A stretch of 64,000 nt of DNA from an uncultured Armatimonadetes bacterium (GCA_963717145.1 OY970325.1:320001-384000); one strand, 5' to 3'. Positions 50,415 to 60,161 are shown, numbered from the stretch's first letter. The notes: generated by a model from the letters alone, not told the origin. Translations and numbers: made by a program.

Positions 50415-51338
50415 ATGAGGACTGGCAGGAACCAATCGACCACAATCGCCGATCTGCTTGAAGAGATCGGTTCGCGGCTACAAGCGGAATTTGTCGCCAC
50501 AGGTATTCCGCGCTCGCGGATCGTCGAGGAAGCCGAGCGGCTAGGATATGATCGTCGCAGTGTACTGCCGTCCGACTACTGCTATAACCTGATCAACACG
50601 TCCCCTTCCTCCTTTCGACATCCCCTGTTTGAGCAGATCGAGAAGGGGTACTTCCGCTTTATAGGCAAGGGCTATCCCTACAGTGGCTCAGTATGGTGGA
50701 TGCAGCGGAATGGCAGGAAGGAAGAGGTGGGGAAGTGGATATCTGGTGATTGCCGACTGCAGAGTGATCCGAGGAGGCTCAGATCATCCGGCCCGGACAC
50801 GCCTGCTGTCGGGTCCACGCTTGGCGAAGCCTCATCCGCTGTGCCATCAAAGGCAATCGCCGCTTCCGCAGGGGTATCGCAGTCAGTAATGGACTGGTCG
50901 AGGCTCTCAAAGCTTCAGATTGGACGCTATTCGGAGTACTTCGTGAAAATGGAGTTCACGCTGCATGGTTTTGATGTCTACTCATCTGAGGTCGACGACA
51001 AGGGTATCGACTTCGTCGTTCGCAAACATCCTGACAAGTACTATGACGTCCAAGTCAAGTCGGCCCGCATGCTGAAGTCGGGTAACTATATCTTCATGCG
51101 GAAGGACAAGTTCCAGCCGTGTAGCAACATCCTTGCAGCGATAGTGCTATTCTTCAATGAATGCACTCCCTACGTATATCTGATACCTTCTCAGGCGTGG
51201 CTCACTCCTGATTCGCTCTTCTGCGACCGTGATTACGAAGGAAGGAAGAGCAAGCCCGAATGGGGGCTCAACATCTGCAAGAAGAACATGCGACTGCTTG
51301 AGCCGTATTCCTTCACCAACATGGCGGCCACCCTCTAA
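50415..51338 (+). CDS. Two-domain protein with C-terminal PD-(D/E)XK nuclease (DUF4365-like)
   Basis: GRYSEYFV..VDDKGIDFVV..DVQVKS after a low-complexity linker; N-domain LPSDYCYN. Confidence 0.7.
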   Translation: MRTGRNQSTTIADLLEEIGSRLQAEFVATGIPRSRIVEEAERLGYDRRSVLPSDYCYNLINTSPSSFRHPLFEQIEKGYFRFIGKGYPYSGSVWWMQRNGRKEEVGKWISGDCRLQSDPRRLRSSGPDTPAVGSTLGEASSAVPSKAIAASAGVSQSVMDWSRLSKLQIGRYSEYFVKMEFTLHGFDVYSSEVDDKGIDFVVRKHPDKYYDVQVKSARMLKSGNYIFMRKDKFQPCSNILAAIVLFFNECTPYVYLIPSQAWLTPDSLFCDRDYEGRKSKPEWGLNICKKNMRLLEPYSFTNMAATL

Positions 51339-51339
51339 C

Positions 51340-51368
51340 TTGACAATCCCCTCCCTTCCCCCTATCCT
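51340..51368 (+). promoter_or_regulatory. Sigma70 promoter
   Basis: TTGACA-17 nt-TATCCT. Confidence 0.65.
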
Positions 51369-51398
51369 GTCCACAAACCAATCTCCCGGAGGTCAACC

Positions 51399-52649
51399 AT
51401 GTCTCAATATGCCATCCTGATCCTCGTGATTCTGCTCATCGTGTCCATCCCCTCGAGCGCCGAAGTCCCGCCGGTGGGGGAGAAGGGCGTTTACAGCGTC
51501 ACCAAGTTCGGCGCGAAGGGCGACGGAGCGACCGATGATACAGCCGCGTTCCAGAAGGCGCTCGACGCCGCTTCGAAGGACGGCGGCGGGATCGTCTTCG
51601 TCCCGACCGGCAACTACATGATCAAGACGCACCTCAGCGTCCCGGATCACGTCACGCTCCAGGGCGTCTTCACCGCTCCTCCCACAGGCGCGCAGATGAA
51701 GGGCAGCACGCTCCTCGCGGTCGAGGGCAAAGGCAACCCGGACGGCACACCATTCATCTTCCTGCACACGAACTCGACGCTCAAGGGCCTGACCATCTTC
51801 TACCCCGAGCAGGACAAGGCGAAGATCGTCCCGTATCCCTGGTGCATCCGAGGCCAGGGCGACGACTGCGCGGTCAGGGAGTGCCTGCTCGTGAACCCCT
51901 GGATGGCGATCGACTTCGGCACGCATCCCTGCGGCCGGCACTTCATCCGAGAGGTCTGGGCCCATCCGCTCCACAAGGGCATCTTCGTCGATCAGTGCTA
52001 CGACATCGGGCGCATCGAGGACGTCCACCTCTGGCCGTTCTGGAAGGCCGACGGTGAGATGCAGGAGTTCCTCACCAAGCAGGCGACCGCGTTCATCTTC
52101 GGCCGCACCGACTGGGAGTACGTCAACAACTGCTTCGCCATCTGGTACAAGGTCGGCTTCCAGTTCGGCGACTTCGGCCACGGCCCGGGGAACGTGGTCA
52201 TCAACACTTCCGGCGGGGATATCTGCCCGACCGCCGTATTGGTGGAGAACACCCAGGGCCATGCGGGCGTCGTGTTCACGAACTGCCAGTTCATGGCCGG
52301 CATCGAGGTCAAGGAGACGAACACCGGCCCGGTGAAGTTCTCCAACTGCGGCTTCTGGGCGATCCCGACCACGACCACTCAGGCGGACATCAAGGGCAGC
52401 GGGCACGTCTTCTTCAACCAGTGCCACTTCGCCTCGTGGGACCAGGCGGGGAAGGGGAGTCCCGCGATCCTGGCGAACGGGAACGGCCTGACGGTGAACG
52501 GCTGCGACTTCATGGAGCCGAAGAAGGCGATCGTCCTCGGCCCGGACTCGAAGGCGACGATCATCATGGGCACTCGCTTCCGTGGCGGGATGAAGATCGA
52601 GAACAACTCGAAGGGCAAGGTCGAGATGGGACTCAACGTGGAGGAGTAG
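51399..52649 (+). CDS. Secreted pectate-lyase-superfamily beta-helix protein
   Basis: Signal peptide; SVTKFGAKGDGATDDTAAFQKALD..VFVPTGNY. Confidence 0.85.
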   Translation: MSQYAILILVILLIVSIPSSAEVPPVGEKGVYSVTKFGAKGDGATDDTAAFQKALDAASKDGGGIVFVPTGNYMIKTHLSVPDHVTLQGVFTAPPTGAQMKGSTLLAVEGKGNPDGTPFIFLHTNSTLKGLTIFYPEQDKAKIVPYPWCIRGQGDDCAVRECLLVNPWMAIDFGTHPCGRHFIREVWAHPLHKGIFVDQCYDIGRIEDVHLWPFWKADGEMQEFLTKQATAFIFGRTDWEYVNNCFAIWYKVGFQFGDFGHGPGNVVINTSGGDICPTAVLVENTQGHAGVVFTNCQFMAGIEVKETNTGPVKFSNCGFWAIPTTTTQADIKGSGHVFFNQCHFASWDQAGKGSPAILANGNGLTVNGCDFMEPKKAIVLGPDSKATIIMGTRFRGGMKIENNSKGKVEMGLNVEE

Positions 52650-52652
52650 GCA

Positions 52653-52691
52653 TAGGTTGTGGGTGTTGGGTGTTAGGTGTTAGGTGTTGGG
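52653..52691. repeat. 7-mer tandem array
   Basis: GGGTGTT GGGTGTT AGGTGTT AGGTGTT. Confidence 0.75.
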
Positions 52692-52705
52692 GAAACTCCA
52701 AACCA

Positions 52706-53173
52706 TCACTTGCGCTCGGACAGCTCGCGGGCGGCCTCGCGTTCTGCGTCACGCCCGGCGATGGCCTCGCGCTTGTCGTAGAGCTTCTTGCCCTTCGCGA
52801 CGCCGATCTCCATCTTGGCGAACCCTCGCAGGAAGAAGATCTTCAGGGGGATCAGGGTCAGGCCCTTCTGCTCGGTGACCGCGCGGAGCTTCTCGATCTC
52901 GCTCTTGCGGAGGAGGAGTTGGCGGGGGCGCTTCGGCTCGAGGTTGAACCGGCTGCCGAACTCGTAGGGCGCGACGTACATGTTGTGCACCCACATCTGC
53001 CCGTCATCGACGCGCGCATAGGCGTCCTGCAGGCTGACCTTGCCCGCGCGGATGCTCTTCACTTCCGTCCCGGCAAGCTCGATCCCCGCGACGTAGGTCT
53101 CCTCGATGAAGTACTCGTGCCACGCCTTGCGGTTGACGGCGATGTTTCTCGGACCCTTCTCCTTCTCTGGCAT
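52706..53173 (-). CDS. smpB: SsrA-binding protein
   Basis: NRKAWHEY, GIELAGTEVKSIR, GKKLYDKR. Confidence 0.97.
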   Translation of the reverse strand: MPEKEKGPRNIAVNRKAWHEYFIEETYVAGIELAGTEVKSIRAGKVSLQDAYARVDDGQMWVHNMYVAPYEFGSRFNLEPKRPRQLLLRKSEIEKLRAVTEQKGLTLIPLKIFFLRGFAKMEIGVAKGKKLYDKREAIAGRDAEREAARELSERK

Positions 53174-53242
53174 GGCTATATTATACCAGATAGTCGGCCC
53201 TCGGCGCACGGGGGGATGACTCCGGAGTGCATCTCCGCAGAG

Positions 53243-53421
53243 TGGGTTGGCCTCTCGTTATGCCACCAGAGTGGCTACTCGAGGAGATCGGTTGGGTTCT
53301 ATCCCGGGCAGACCACCCAACCGATCTCCTCGAGTAGCCACTCTGGTGGCATAACGAGAGGCCAACCCAGGCCGTCCTTCGTTACACGCCGTCATTCACC
53401 CGCGCACTCAGGACTGACGGT
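53243..53421. repeat. 55-bp perfect inverted repeat plus a half copy of the 35626 element
   Basis: Arms at 53243-53297 and 53315-53369; 53371-53421 matches the right arm of the 35626 palindrome. Confidence 0.85.
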
Positions 53422-53514
53422 GGTGGTAGCGCACTCAGGACTAAGGGCGTGATCGGCCGCAAGGAAGGATTTCCCATCCATTTCCACTAACTATTCTTCA
53501 TCCTGCCTCTCTCG

Positions 53515-55506
53515 ATGGAGCCTGCACGCGGAATGCACCTGCTCAAGGAAACACTAAGCGATACCGAGCCCACCCCTGCGATCAAGCACGCAAAGGCCGT
53601 GACCTGGCGCTCGATCCTTCTCGGCGCGCTGCTCACCCCGATCAACGCCTACTGGGTCGTGCAGATGGAGGGCATCCGCTACTCAGCCCATCCCACGACG
53701 ATCTCGCTCCTGTTCAACGCCATCTTCATCATCCTGGTCATCAGCTTCCTGAACATGCGCCTCGCCCGACGCCGGCCCGGGTGGGCGCTCAGTCAGGGCG
53801 AGCTGATGGTCATATACATCATGGTCATGATCTCCTCGGCGGTCGCCGGGCACGACATGGTGCAGGTGCTCGTCCCGATGCTCTCCTGGCCGTTCCAGTT
53901 CCCCAACTACGCGAGCGGCTCGTTCGTCGACCGCCTGCCCAAGTGGCTGATGGTCTCCGATCCCGACGTCATCCGCGGGTACTATCAGGGGAACACCAAC
54001 CTCTACGACTGGAAGATACTGAGCGCGTGGATGAAGCCGGTCGCCATGTGGTCGGCATTCATCCTGGCGCTCCTCTTCGTGGGGCAGTGCATCAATGCCA
54101 TCCTCCGCAAGCAGTGGACCGAGCACGAGAAGCTCGCCTATCCCGTCGCGCAGGTGCCGCTGGAGATCACCGACGGCACGGATCAGGGCAAGGTGCCACG
54201 CATCTTCACCAACAAGCTGTTCTGGATCGCGTTCGCCGCCGCCGGCGCGATGGACATTATCAACGGCCTGAACCTCTATTACCCGAACCTGCCGAGGATC
54301 CTCGTCCCGGGCAACGGACTCGCGTTCATCGACATCGGCCCGCTCATCACGACCAAGCCATGGAACGCGATCGGCTGGACGCCGCTCTCGTGGTATCCGT
54401 TCATGATCGGATTCGGGATGCTCCTGCCGGTGGACCTGCTGTTCTCGTGCTGGTTCTTCTACATCTTCTGGAAGCTGGAGACGGTCGTGGCGGTCACGAT
54501 GGCCTTCGACATCGACCCGCGCATTCCATACGTGAGCAGCCAGGCGTTCGGCGCGTATGTGGCATTCTTCCTGTTCAGCATGTGGCTCAGCCGGAAGTAC
54601 CTCGCGGACGTGTGGCGATGCGCGCTCGGCATGTCATCGAGCCTCGACGATGCGAACGAGCCGATCCGGTACCGCTGGGCGCTGCTGGGGATCGTCGCCG
54701 GCACGGGCTTCCTCGTGTGGTTCTGCACGCTCGTCGGCCTCAGCCCCATGGTCGGCGTGCTCTTCATGGCGATCTACTTCGTCCTCGCGGTCTCGATCAC
54801 GAGGATGCGCGCGGAACTCGGGTCGCCGGTGCATGACCTCCATTTCACCGGGCCGGACTGGATCCTGGCCGATACGCTCGGGCAGCGGACCTTCGGGTCG
54901 CCGAACCTCATCGGCTTCTCGATCCTCTACTGGTTCAACCGCGCCTACCGATGCCACTCGATGCCGATGCAGTTGGAGGGATTCAAGCTGGCGGAGAGGA
55001 CCAAATCGAGCCAGCGGGCGTGGTTCTGGGGGATGATCCTGGCGGGAGTGATCGCGACTGGGGCGGCGTTCTGGGCGATGCTGCATCTCAACTACCAGTT
55101 CGGCGCGGTGGCGAAGGCGCGGAGTCACTTCGGGCCTGAGGCGTATGATCGGCTCGCCGGGTGGATGGTCGCGCCGAAGGGCCCGAACTCGCTCTCGACC
55201 ATCGCGGTATTCGTCGGACTCGGCGCGGCGTTCTTCCTGCAGTTCATGCGCACGCGCCTGCCCTGGTGGCCGTTCCATCCGCTGGGATTCGCGGTGGCCT
55301 CGGGGTGGGAGATGAACCTGGTGTGGATGCCGCTCCTCATCGCCTGGCTGCTCAAGCTGTTGCTTTTGCGATACGGCGGCCTCAAGGGCTTCCGCAACTC
55401 GCTCCCGTTCTTCTACGGCCTGATCCTCGGTCAGTTTGTTGTCGGCAGCCTGTTGAACATCATCGGCGTGATCCTGAATGTCCCGACCTATCAGTTCTGG
55501 CAGTAG
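53515..55506 (+). CDS. Polytopic membrane protein (DUF6785/DUF6784, OPT-like putative transporter)
   Basis: Many TM helices; RKQWTEHEKLAYPVAQVP, RMRAELG, WWPFHPLGF. Confidence 0.7.
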   Translation: MEPARGMHLLKETLSDTEPTPAIKHAKAVTWRSILLGALLTPINAYWVVQMEGIRYSAHPTTISLLFNAIFIILVISFLNMRLARRRPGWALSQGELMVIYIMVMISSAVAGHDMVQVLVPMLSWPFQFPNYASGSFVDRLPKWLMVSDPDVIRGYYQGNTNLYDWKILSAWMKPVAMWSAFILALLFVGQCINAILRKQWTEHEKLAYPVAQVPLEITDGTDQGKVPRIFTNKLFWIAFAAAGAMDIINGLNLYYPNLPRILVPGNGLAFIDIGPLITTKPWNAIGWTPLSWYPFMIGFGMLLPVDLLFSCWFFYIFWKLETVVAVTMAFDIDPRIPYVSSQAFGAYVAFFLFSMWLSRKYLADVWRCALGMSSSLDDANEPIRYRWALLGIVAGTGFLVWFCTLVGLSPMVGVLFMAIYFVLAVSITRMRAELGSPVHDLHFTGPDWILADTLGQRTFGSPNLIGFSILYWFNRAYRCHSMPMQLEGFKLAERTKSSQRAWFWGMILAGVIATGAAFWAMLHLNYQFGAVAKARSHFGPEAYDRLAGWMVAPKGPNSLSTIAVFVGLGAAFFLQFMRTRLPWWPFHPLGFAVASGWEMNLVWMPLLIAWLLKLLLLRYGGLKGFRNSLPFFYGLILGQFVVGSLLNIIGVILNVPTYQFWQ

Positions 55507-55512
55507 GGCGCA

Positions 55513-55607
55513 CATGTAGTGGCCGTGCCTCCGTGCCGGCCATCCGGGGGTGCCTCCGTGCCGGCTTCACCCCCGGATGGCCGGCACGGAGGCACGGCCA
55601 CTACATG
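55513..55607. repeat. GTAG-type REP-like palindrome
   Basis: 40-bp perfect arms, same family as 25021. Confidence 0.85.
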
Positions 55608-55611
55608 ATGT

Positions 55612-55640
55612 TTGACCCCGTTCCGCCGAGTTCCTATAAT
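55612..55640 (+). promoter_or_regulatory. Sigma70 promoter, probably giving a leaderless transcript
   Basis: TTGACC-17 nt-TATAAT, 7 nt before ATG 55648. Confidence 0.7.
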
Positions 55641-55647
55641 GGACCTA

Positions 55648-56316
55648 ATGGCGAATCCCTTTGAAGGAATACGCGCGGTGCTGTTCGACATGGACGGCAC
55701 GCTGGTTGAAACGGAGATAGACTTCGCCCTGATGAAGCGGGAGATGCTCTCACTCGGTGAGCGGCACGGCATCCCCGCCTCCGAACTGCAGGGGCTCGAT
55801 ATCCTGGCGGTCGTGGACGCCGTCGTCGCCCGGCTCGAACCGGATGAGGCCTCTCGAACCAGGCAGGAGGCGTTCGAGATACTCGAGCAGATCGAGCTGG
55901 CAGAGATCGACGCGGTGCACATCATCCCAGGCGCTCTCGAAGTCCTGCGCGCACTTCGAGACGCAGGTATCAAGATCGGCATCGTCACCCGCAACTGCCG
56001 GAACGCCGTGGAGCTATCACTCGAACACACGGGGGTCTTCTATGATGTCCTTCTCACGCGAGATGACGTCCGGAACACCAAGCCCCATCCCGACCATCTG
56101 TTACAGGCACTTGATGTCCTCGGCGTGGGGCCGGACGAGGCGCTCATGGTCGGCGATCACTGGATGGACATCCAAGCGGGCAGGGCGGCGGGCACGCGCA
56201 GCATCGGCTTCCTGCGCCCGGACCGACCGGAGGGTTTCTTCGACGTCTGCGCACCCGACCTCGTCATCCGCGACCTTCGGGAACTTGTGCCGGATGCGGA
56301 GCGTTTGAAGAAGTAG
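55648..56316 (+). CDS. HAD-family hydrolase
   Basis: FDMDGTL, VTRN, KPHPD, MVGDHWMDIQAG. Confidence 0.92.
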   Translation: MANPFEGIRAVLFDMDGTLVETEIDFALMKREMLSLGERHGIPASELQGLDILAVVDAVVARLEPDEASRTRQEAFEILEQIELAEIDAVHIIPGALEVLRALRDAGIKIGIVTRNCRNAVELSLEHTGVFYDVLLTRDDVRNTKPHPDHLLQALDVLGVGPDEALMVGDHWMDIQAGRAAGTRSIGFLRPDRPEGFFDVCAPDLVIRDLRELVPDAERLKK

Positions 56317-56325
56317 CGGTGTCCT

Positions 56326-57204
56326 ATGGTCCTGTCGATCATCATTGTGAACTGGAACACGCAAGACTACCTGCGCCGATGCCTCGCCTCGATCCGGGCG
56401 AATCCGGCCCGGGTCCAGTGCGAGGTGATCGTGATCGATAACGCGTCACCCGATGAGAGCGCGGACATGGTGCGTGCCGAGTTCCGTGAGGCGCGTCTGA
56501 TCGCCAATGACGAGAACGTCGGATATGCGGCGGGCAACAATCAGGGGATGGAGGTCGCTCAGGGACGCTACCTCCTGCTGCTGAATCCGGATGTCGAGGT
56601 GAAGCCGGGCGCGCTCGGTGCGCTCGTGGAGTTCGCAGAGAGTCACCCGGATGTGGCGGCCGTCGGATGTCGACTGGTAGGCTTGGATGGAAAGGTCCAG
56701 CGGTCGCTGCGCAGTTTCCCCGAGCCGTGGGGCGTCCTTTGTGAGTACACCAAGTTGAGCAAGCTCTTCCCCAGGAGCCGCCGATTGGCGAGCTACAGGA
56801 TGACCTGGTTCGACTACGACCGTGAGATGGAGGTCGATCAGCCGATGGGCTCGTGCCTGCTCATGTCCAGGAAAGCTATCGACGAGATTGGTATGTTTGC
56901 AGAAGAATTCCCAATATTCTTTAACGAAGTTGACTGGCTCTACCGTGCAAAGCAGAGGGGCTGGAAGGTTTACTTCACGCCGGCCGCTGAGATGATCCAC
57001 GCCGGGGGTGCGAGCACTCGCCAGCGGAGACCCGAGATGGTAGCGGAATCACATCGCTCGATGAAGCTCTTCTACGACAAGCACTACCGGGGGCACATCG
57101 CCGCCCCGGTGTACTGGTTTATCATCGCTGCCATCAGCATCAACTCGGTGCTGGCATCGTGGCAGGCGTCTCTCAGATCGAAAGGTCAATCTCATGGAGC
57201 ATAG
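56326..57204 (+). CDS. GT2 glycosyltransferase (WbbL-like)
   Basis: IIIVNWNT, IDNAS, LLLNPD, FFNEVDW. Confidence 0.92.
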   Translation: MVLSIIIVNWNTQDYLRRCLASIRANPARVQCEVIVIDNASPDESADMVRAEFREARLIANDENVGYAAGNNQGMEVAQGRYLLLLNPDVEVKPGALGALVEFAESHPDVAAVGCRLVGLDGKVQRSLRSFPEPWGVLCEYTKLSKLFPRSRRLASYRMTWFDYDREMEVDQPMGSCLLMSRKAIDEIGMFAEEFPIFFNEVDWLYRAKQRGWKVYFTPAAEMIHAGGASTRQRRPEMVAESHRSMKLFYDKHYRGHIAAPVYWFIIAAISINSVLASWQASLRSKGQSHGA

Positions 57205-58081
57205 GCCGGACCTCTCGGTGGTCATCGTCAACTGGAACACCTGCGAGGAACTGAAGGGCTGTCTTGAGTCGGCGCTCGCAGAGGATCCCGGATCGGCGGA
57301 GATCATCGTCGTCGACAACGCATCCACCGACGGGAGCGTCGAGATGCTCCACGGCGAGTTTCCCAATGTGCGCCTGATCCGGAACACCGAGAACCTCGGG
57401 TTTGCGAGGGCCAGCAATCAGGGCATCAAGGCGAGCAATGGCCGATATGTGCTGCTCCTCAACCCCGACTGCATCGTCCATCAGGGCGCATTCACGGAGC
57501 TTGTCCGCTTCGGGGACGCCAATCCGGATGTTGGAATCTTCGGCCTCAGAATACTTAACCCGAACGGCTCGGTCTTCGAGTCATGCCGCCGATTCCCGAC
57601 GCTGGCGGCGGGCATATTCCGCAACGCGATCCTGGCAAGGCTCTTCCCGAACAACCCGTACACCCGCGAGTACCTGATCTCCGACTGGGACCACGATGCG
57701 CCCAGGGAGGTCGATTGGGTATCCGGCGCGGCCCTGGTGATGCGCCGAGAGATGCTCGACGATATCGGTCTGCTTGACGAGCGCTTCTTCATGTACTGCG
57801 AGGATGTGGACATTGCCTACCGCGCCAAGCAGAAGGGCTGGCGGGTGATGTACTGCCCCACAGCGACGGTCATGCATCTCAGGGCGCGGAGCAGCGATCA
57901 GAATCCCGTGCGGATGATCGTCGCGTTCCATCGGAGCATGTACGCCTTCTTCAAGAAGCACTATTCGGAGAAGTCGTCCATTCTGACGCGCGCGATCGTC
58001 CCCCTGGGGCTGATCTTTCGGACGTGCCTGCTCGTTACGCATAACACGCTGAGCAGGTTGCTCAGGAGGAGGCGCACCTAG
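57194..58081 (+). CDS. GT2 glycosyltransferase (WbbL-like)
   Basis: VVIVNWNT, VDNASTD, LLLNPD, FMYCEDVD. Confidence 0.92.
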   Translation: MEHRPDLSVVIVNWNTCEELKGCLESALAEDPGSAEIIVVDNASTDGSVEMLHGEFPNVRLIRNTENLGFARASNQGIKASNGRYVLLLNPDCIVHQGAFTELVRFGDANPDVGIFGLRILNPNGSVFESCRRFPTLAAGIFRNAILARLFPNNPYTREYLISDWDHDAPREVDWVSGAALVMRREMLDDIGLLDERFFMYCEDVDIAYRAKQKGWRVMYCPTATVMHLRARSSDQNPVRMIVAFHRSMYAFFKKHYSEKSSILTRAIVPLGLIFRTCLLVTHNTLSRLLRRRRT

Positions 58082-58082
58082 A

Positions 58083-60149
58083 ATGCGACGCAGATCCGCA
58101 GATTCAGAAGCAGTACCTGAGCGTGATCGCCTGTTAAGCGTGCAGATCGGCCTGATCGTCGCTGCAGTTTTCCTCTCGCCGTTGGTCGCAGCCGGTCTAT
58201 CGCACAGTCACGTTCCCGAGATCTGCATGCAGGTGCTGATACTTCTCGCCGCCACCTTGTGGTTCCTCCGCACCAGGCGTCAGAGCTGGATCGAGATGCC
58301 CTCTCGGAGACTTGCCATGGTGACGGCTGCTCCGATCGTCGTCGGCTTGCTCTCGTTCATTGCGACGGTGAGCCTGCATTCGAGTCTGCTGGCTTACATC
58401 TCGCTCATCTGCTATGTGACCGTCTTCCTTATGGTTGGAAGTCTGAAGCGCTATCGGACGGCCGTCTACGGTCTGATCGGAGCGCTTCTCTTCTCGGCGA
58501 TCGCTGTGGGAGCGATCGGCCTGAAGGAACACATGCTCACGACGATTCCCGATTGGCGGGCATTCTCCACCTTCTTCAACCCCGATTTCCTGGCCGGCTT
58601 CATGGCGATCATCTTTCCCATCGCGCTGGCATGGTACCTTTCCGAGACCTCGTTCGGCATCTCGGTCGTCGGGGCGCTGGCTGTCGTGCTGTCGCTGGCG
58701 AACCTGCTCATGAGCGGATCGAGGTTCGGTGCGCTGGCGGCATCTGGTGGAGTGATCGTGTTCGTCGTACTCGCATTTGCGTCGAGGTCGGTACGACGCC
58801 CGCAGTTGGTCAAAGCGGGGATCATCCTGGCGCCGTGCATCGTGACGGCGATCCTCCTTGGTGGGACGCTCTTCAACCGCGTCGCCTCTGTGAACGCGGA
58901 ATCCCATTCGGGCGACTTTCGTATCCATACGTGGGAAGGCGTCGCGCGCATGGTGCGTGATCATTCGCTCCTGGGCACGGGACTGGGCACGTTCGAAGTG
59001 GCTTATCCCAAGTACGCTCAGGTCGGGTGGACGAGGCTCGCGCATAACAGCTACCTCCAGTACGCGGCGGAGGGCGGAGTCCTCATGCCAATCGCCTTGG
59101 TGGTTCTCATCGGGATGGCGGTCATTCCCGCTGTGATCGGCCTGCGCAGACGTCGCGAAGCCGAGACCACCTGTCCTGATTGGATGCCGAGCCGATCGCT
59201 GATGGTCATTGGACTGCTCGCCGGCGTGGCGGCGTCATTGGCTCGGAACCTCATCGATTCAGACTGGTACGTGGCCGCGATCGGGACGACGTTCTGGATC
59301 GTGCTTGGGGCTGCGGTCGCGCTCTCTGACCGAGAGTCAGTTGAGTTCCCGATGCCGGTTTGGAAGCGTTGGTCGAAGATTGGGACATTCGGTCTCATCA
59401 TGTTGTGGCTGCTCTCGGTGCTCGCGTCCCAATGGTACTACGCCGGCGGATGGGCGCTCCTCGGCTCGGGCGAGCGCGAGGATGCCCTCAAGGCGTTTCG
59501 GCGCGCAATCCGATACGACCCGCTTGATGCGGATCTCCATCGCAAGATGGGCGGGGTTCTGCGACTGATCTCCGAGGATTCCGGCAACGATGCGTATCTG
59601 GGAGAGGCCGAGCGGGAGTTGAAGCGCGCGGCGGAACTGGAGCCGACCGCGCCGAAGACGTACTACCAGTTGGGCAAGCTCTATGCGGGCGGCTTCCATG
59701 ACGACGAGAGGGCCGTGCACGCATACAAGGCTGCACTCGATCGAGACCCTCATGCGCTGCAGGTCTTGACGGTGCTCGCCGAGACCTATGAGAATATGGG
59801 GCGGCCATCGGATGCCCTGGGCGTCTACCAGCGGATGGCGGTGCAGGAGGACTCGGTCTACGAGCGCGTGCGGGCGATCCCGGAGATCGTCGAGCCCGGC
59901 TACATCTTCGCCCGCGAGGCCCTCGGGCGCAATGCCGAGTGTCTTGGGGATAGGGCTGAGGCCGTCAGGCAGTATCGCCGGGCCCTCGACCGCATGATTC
60001 GCTATCGACGGTCTGTGGAGGACATGGGCCCGGTCATGGAGCAGATGGGTTCTCGGGACAGAGACCTGGAGGCGCGGATCGAGGCACTGAGGACGCTCGT
60101 CGAGTCACGACTGATTGCACTGGGCGCATCCTTTTCTTCTCCTCCTTGA
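58083..60149 (+). CDS. O-antigen ligase (Wzy_C) family protein with C-terminal TPRs
   Basis: TM helices; FFNPDFLAGF, SGSRFG, GTGLGTF, AHNSYLQ; TPR tail. Confidence 0.85.
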   Translation: MRRRSADSEAVPERDRLLSVQIGLIVAAVFLSPLVAAGLSHSHVPEICMQVLILLAATLWFLRTRRQSWIEMPSRRLAMVTAAPIVVGLLSFIATVSLHSSLLAYISLICYVTVFLMVGSLKRYRTAVYGLIGALLFSAIAVGAIGLKEHMLTTIPDWRAFSTFFNPDFLAGFMAIIFPIALAWYLSETSFGISVVGALAVVLSLANLLMSGSRFGALAASGGVIVFVVLAFASRSVRRPQLVKAGIILAPCIVTAILLGGTLFNRVASVNAESHSGDFRIHTWEGVARMVRDHSLLGTGLGTFEVAYPKYAQVGWTRLAHNSYLQYAAEGGVLMPIALVVLIGMAVIPAVIGLRRRREAETTCPDWMPSRSLMVIGLLAGVAASLARNLIDSDWYVAAIGTTFWIVLGAAVALSDRESVEFPMPVWKRWSKIGTFGLIMLWLLSVLASQWYYAGGWALLGSGEREDALKAFRRAIRYDPLDADLHRKMGGVLRLISEDSGNDAYLGEAERELKRAAELEPTAPKTYYQLGKLYAGGFHDDERAVHAYKAALDRDPHALQVLTVLAETYENMGRPSDALGVYQRMAVQEDSVYERVRAIPEIVEPGYIFAREALGRNAECLGDRAEAVRQYRRALDRMIRYRRSVEDMGPVMEQMGSRDRDLEARIEALRTLVESRLIALGASFSSPP

Positions 60150-60161
60150 TAGTGAACGGGA

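Noticed and set aside
17892-52691. Short repeat arrays and palindromes as a CRISPR array
   Set aside because: There are no 23-47-bp repeats separated by unique spacers and no cas genes.
53174-53514. tmRNA or tRNA next to smpB
   Set aside because: The region is explained by palindromic repeats; I found no tRNA-like ends or T-arm motif.
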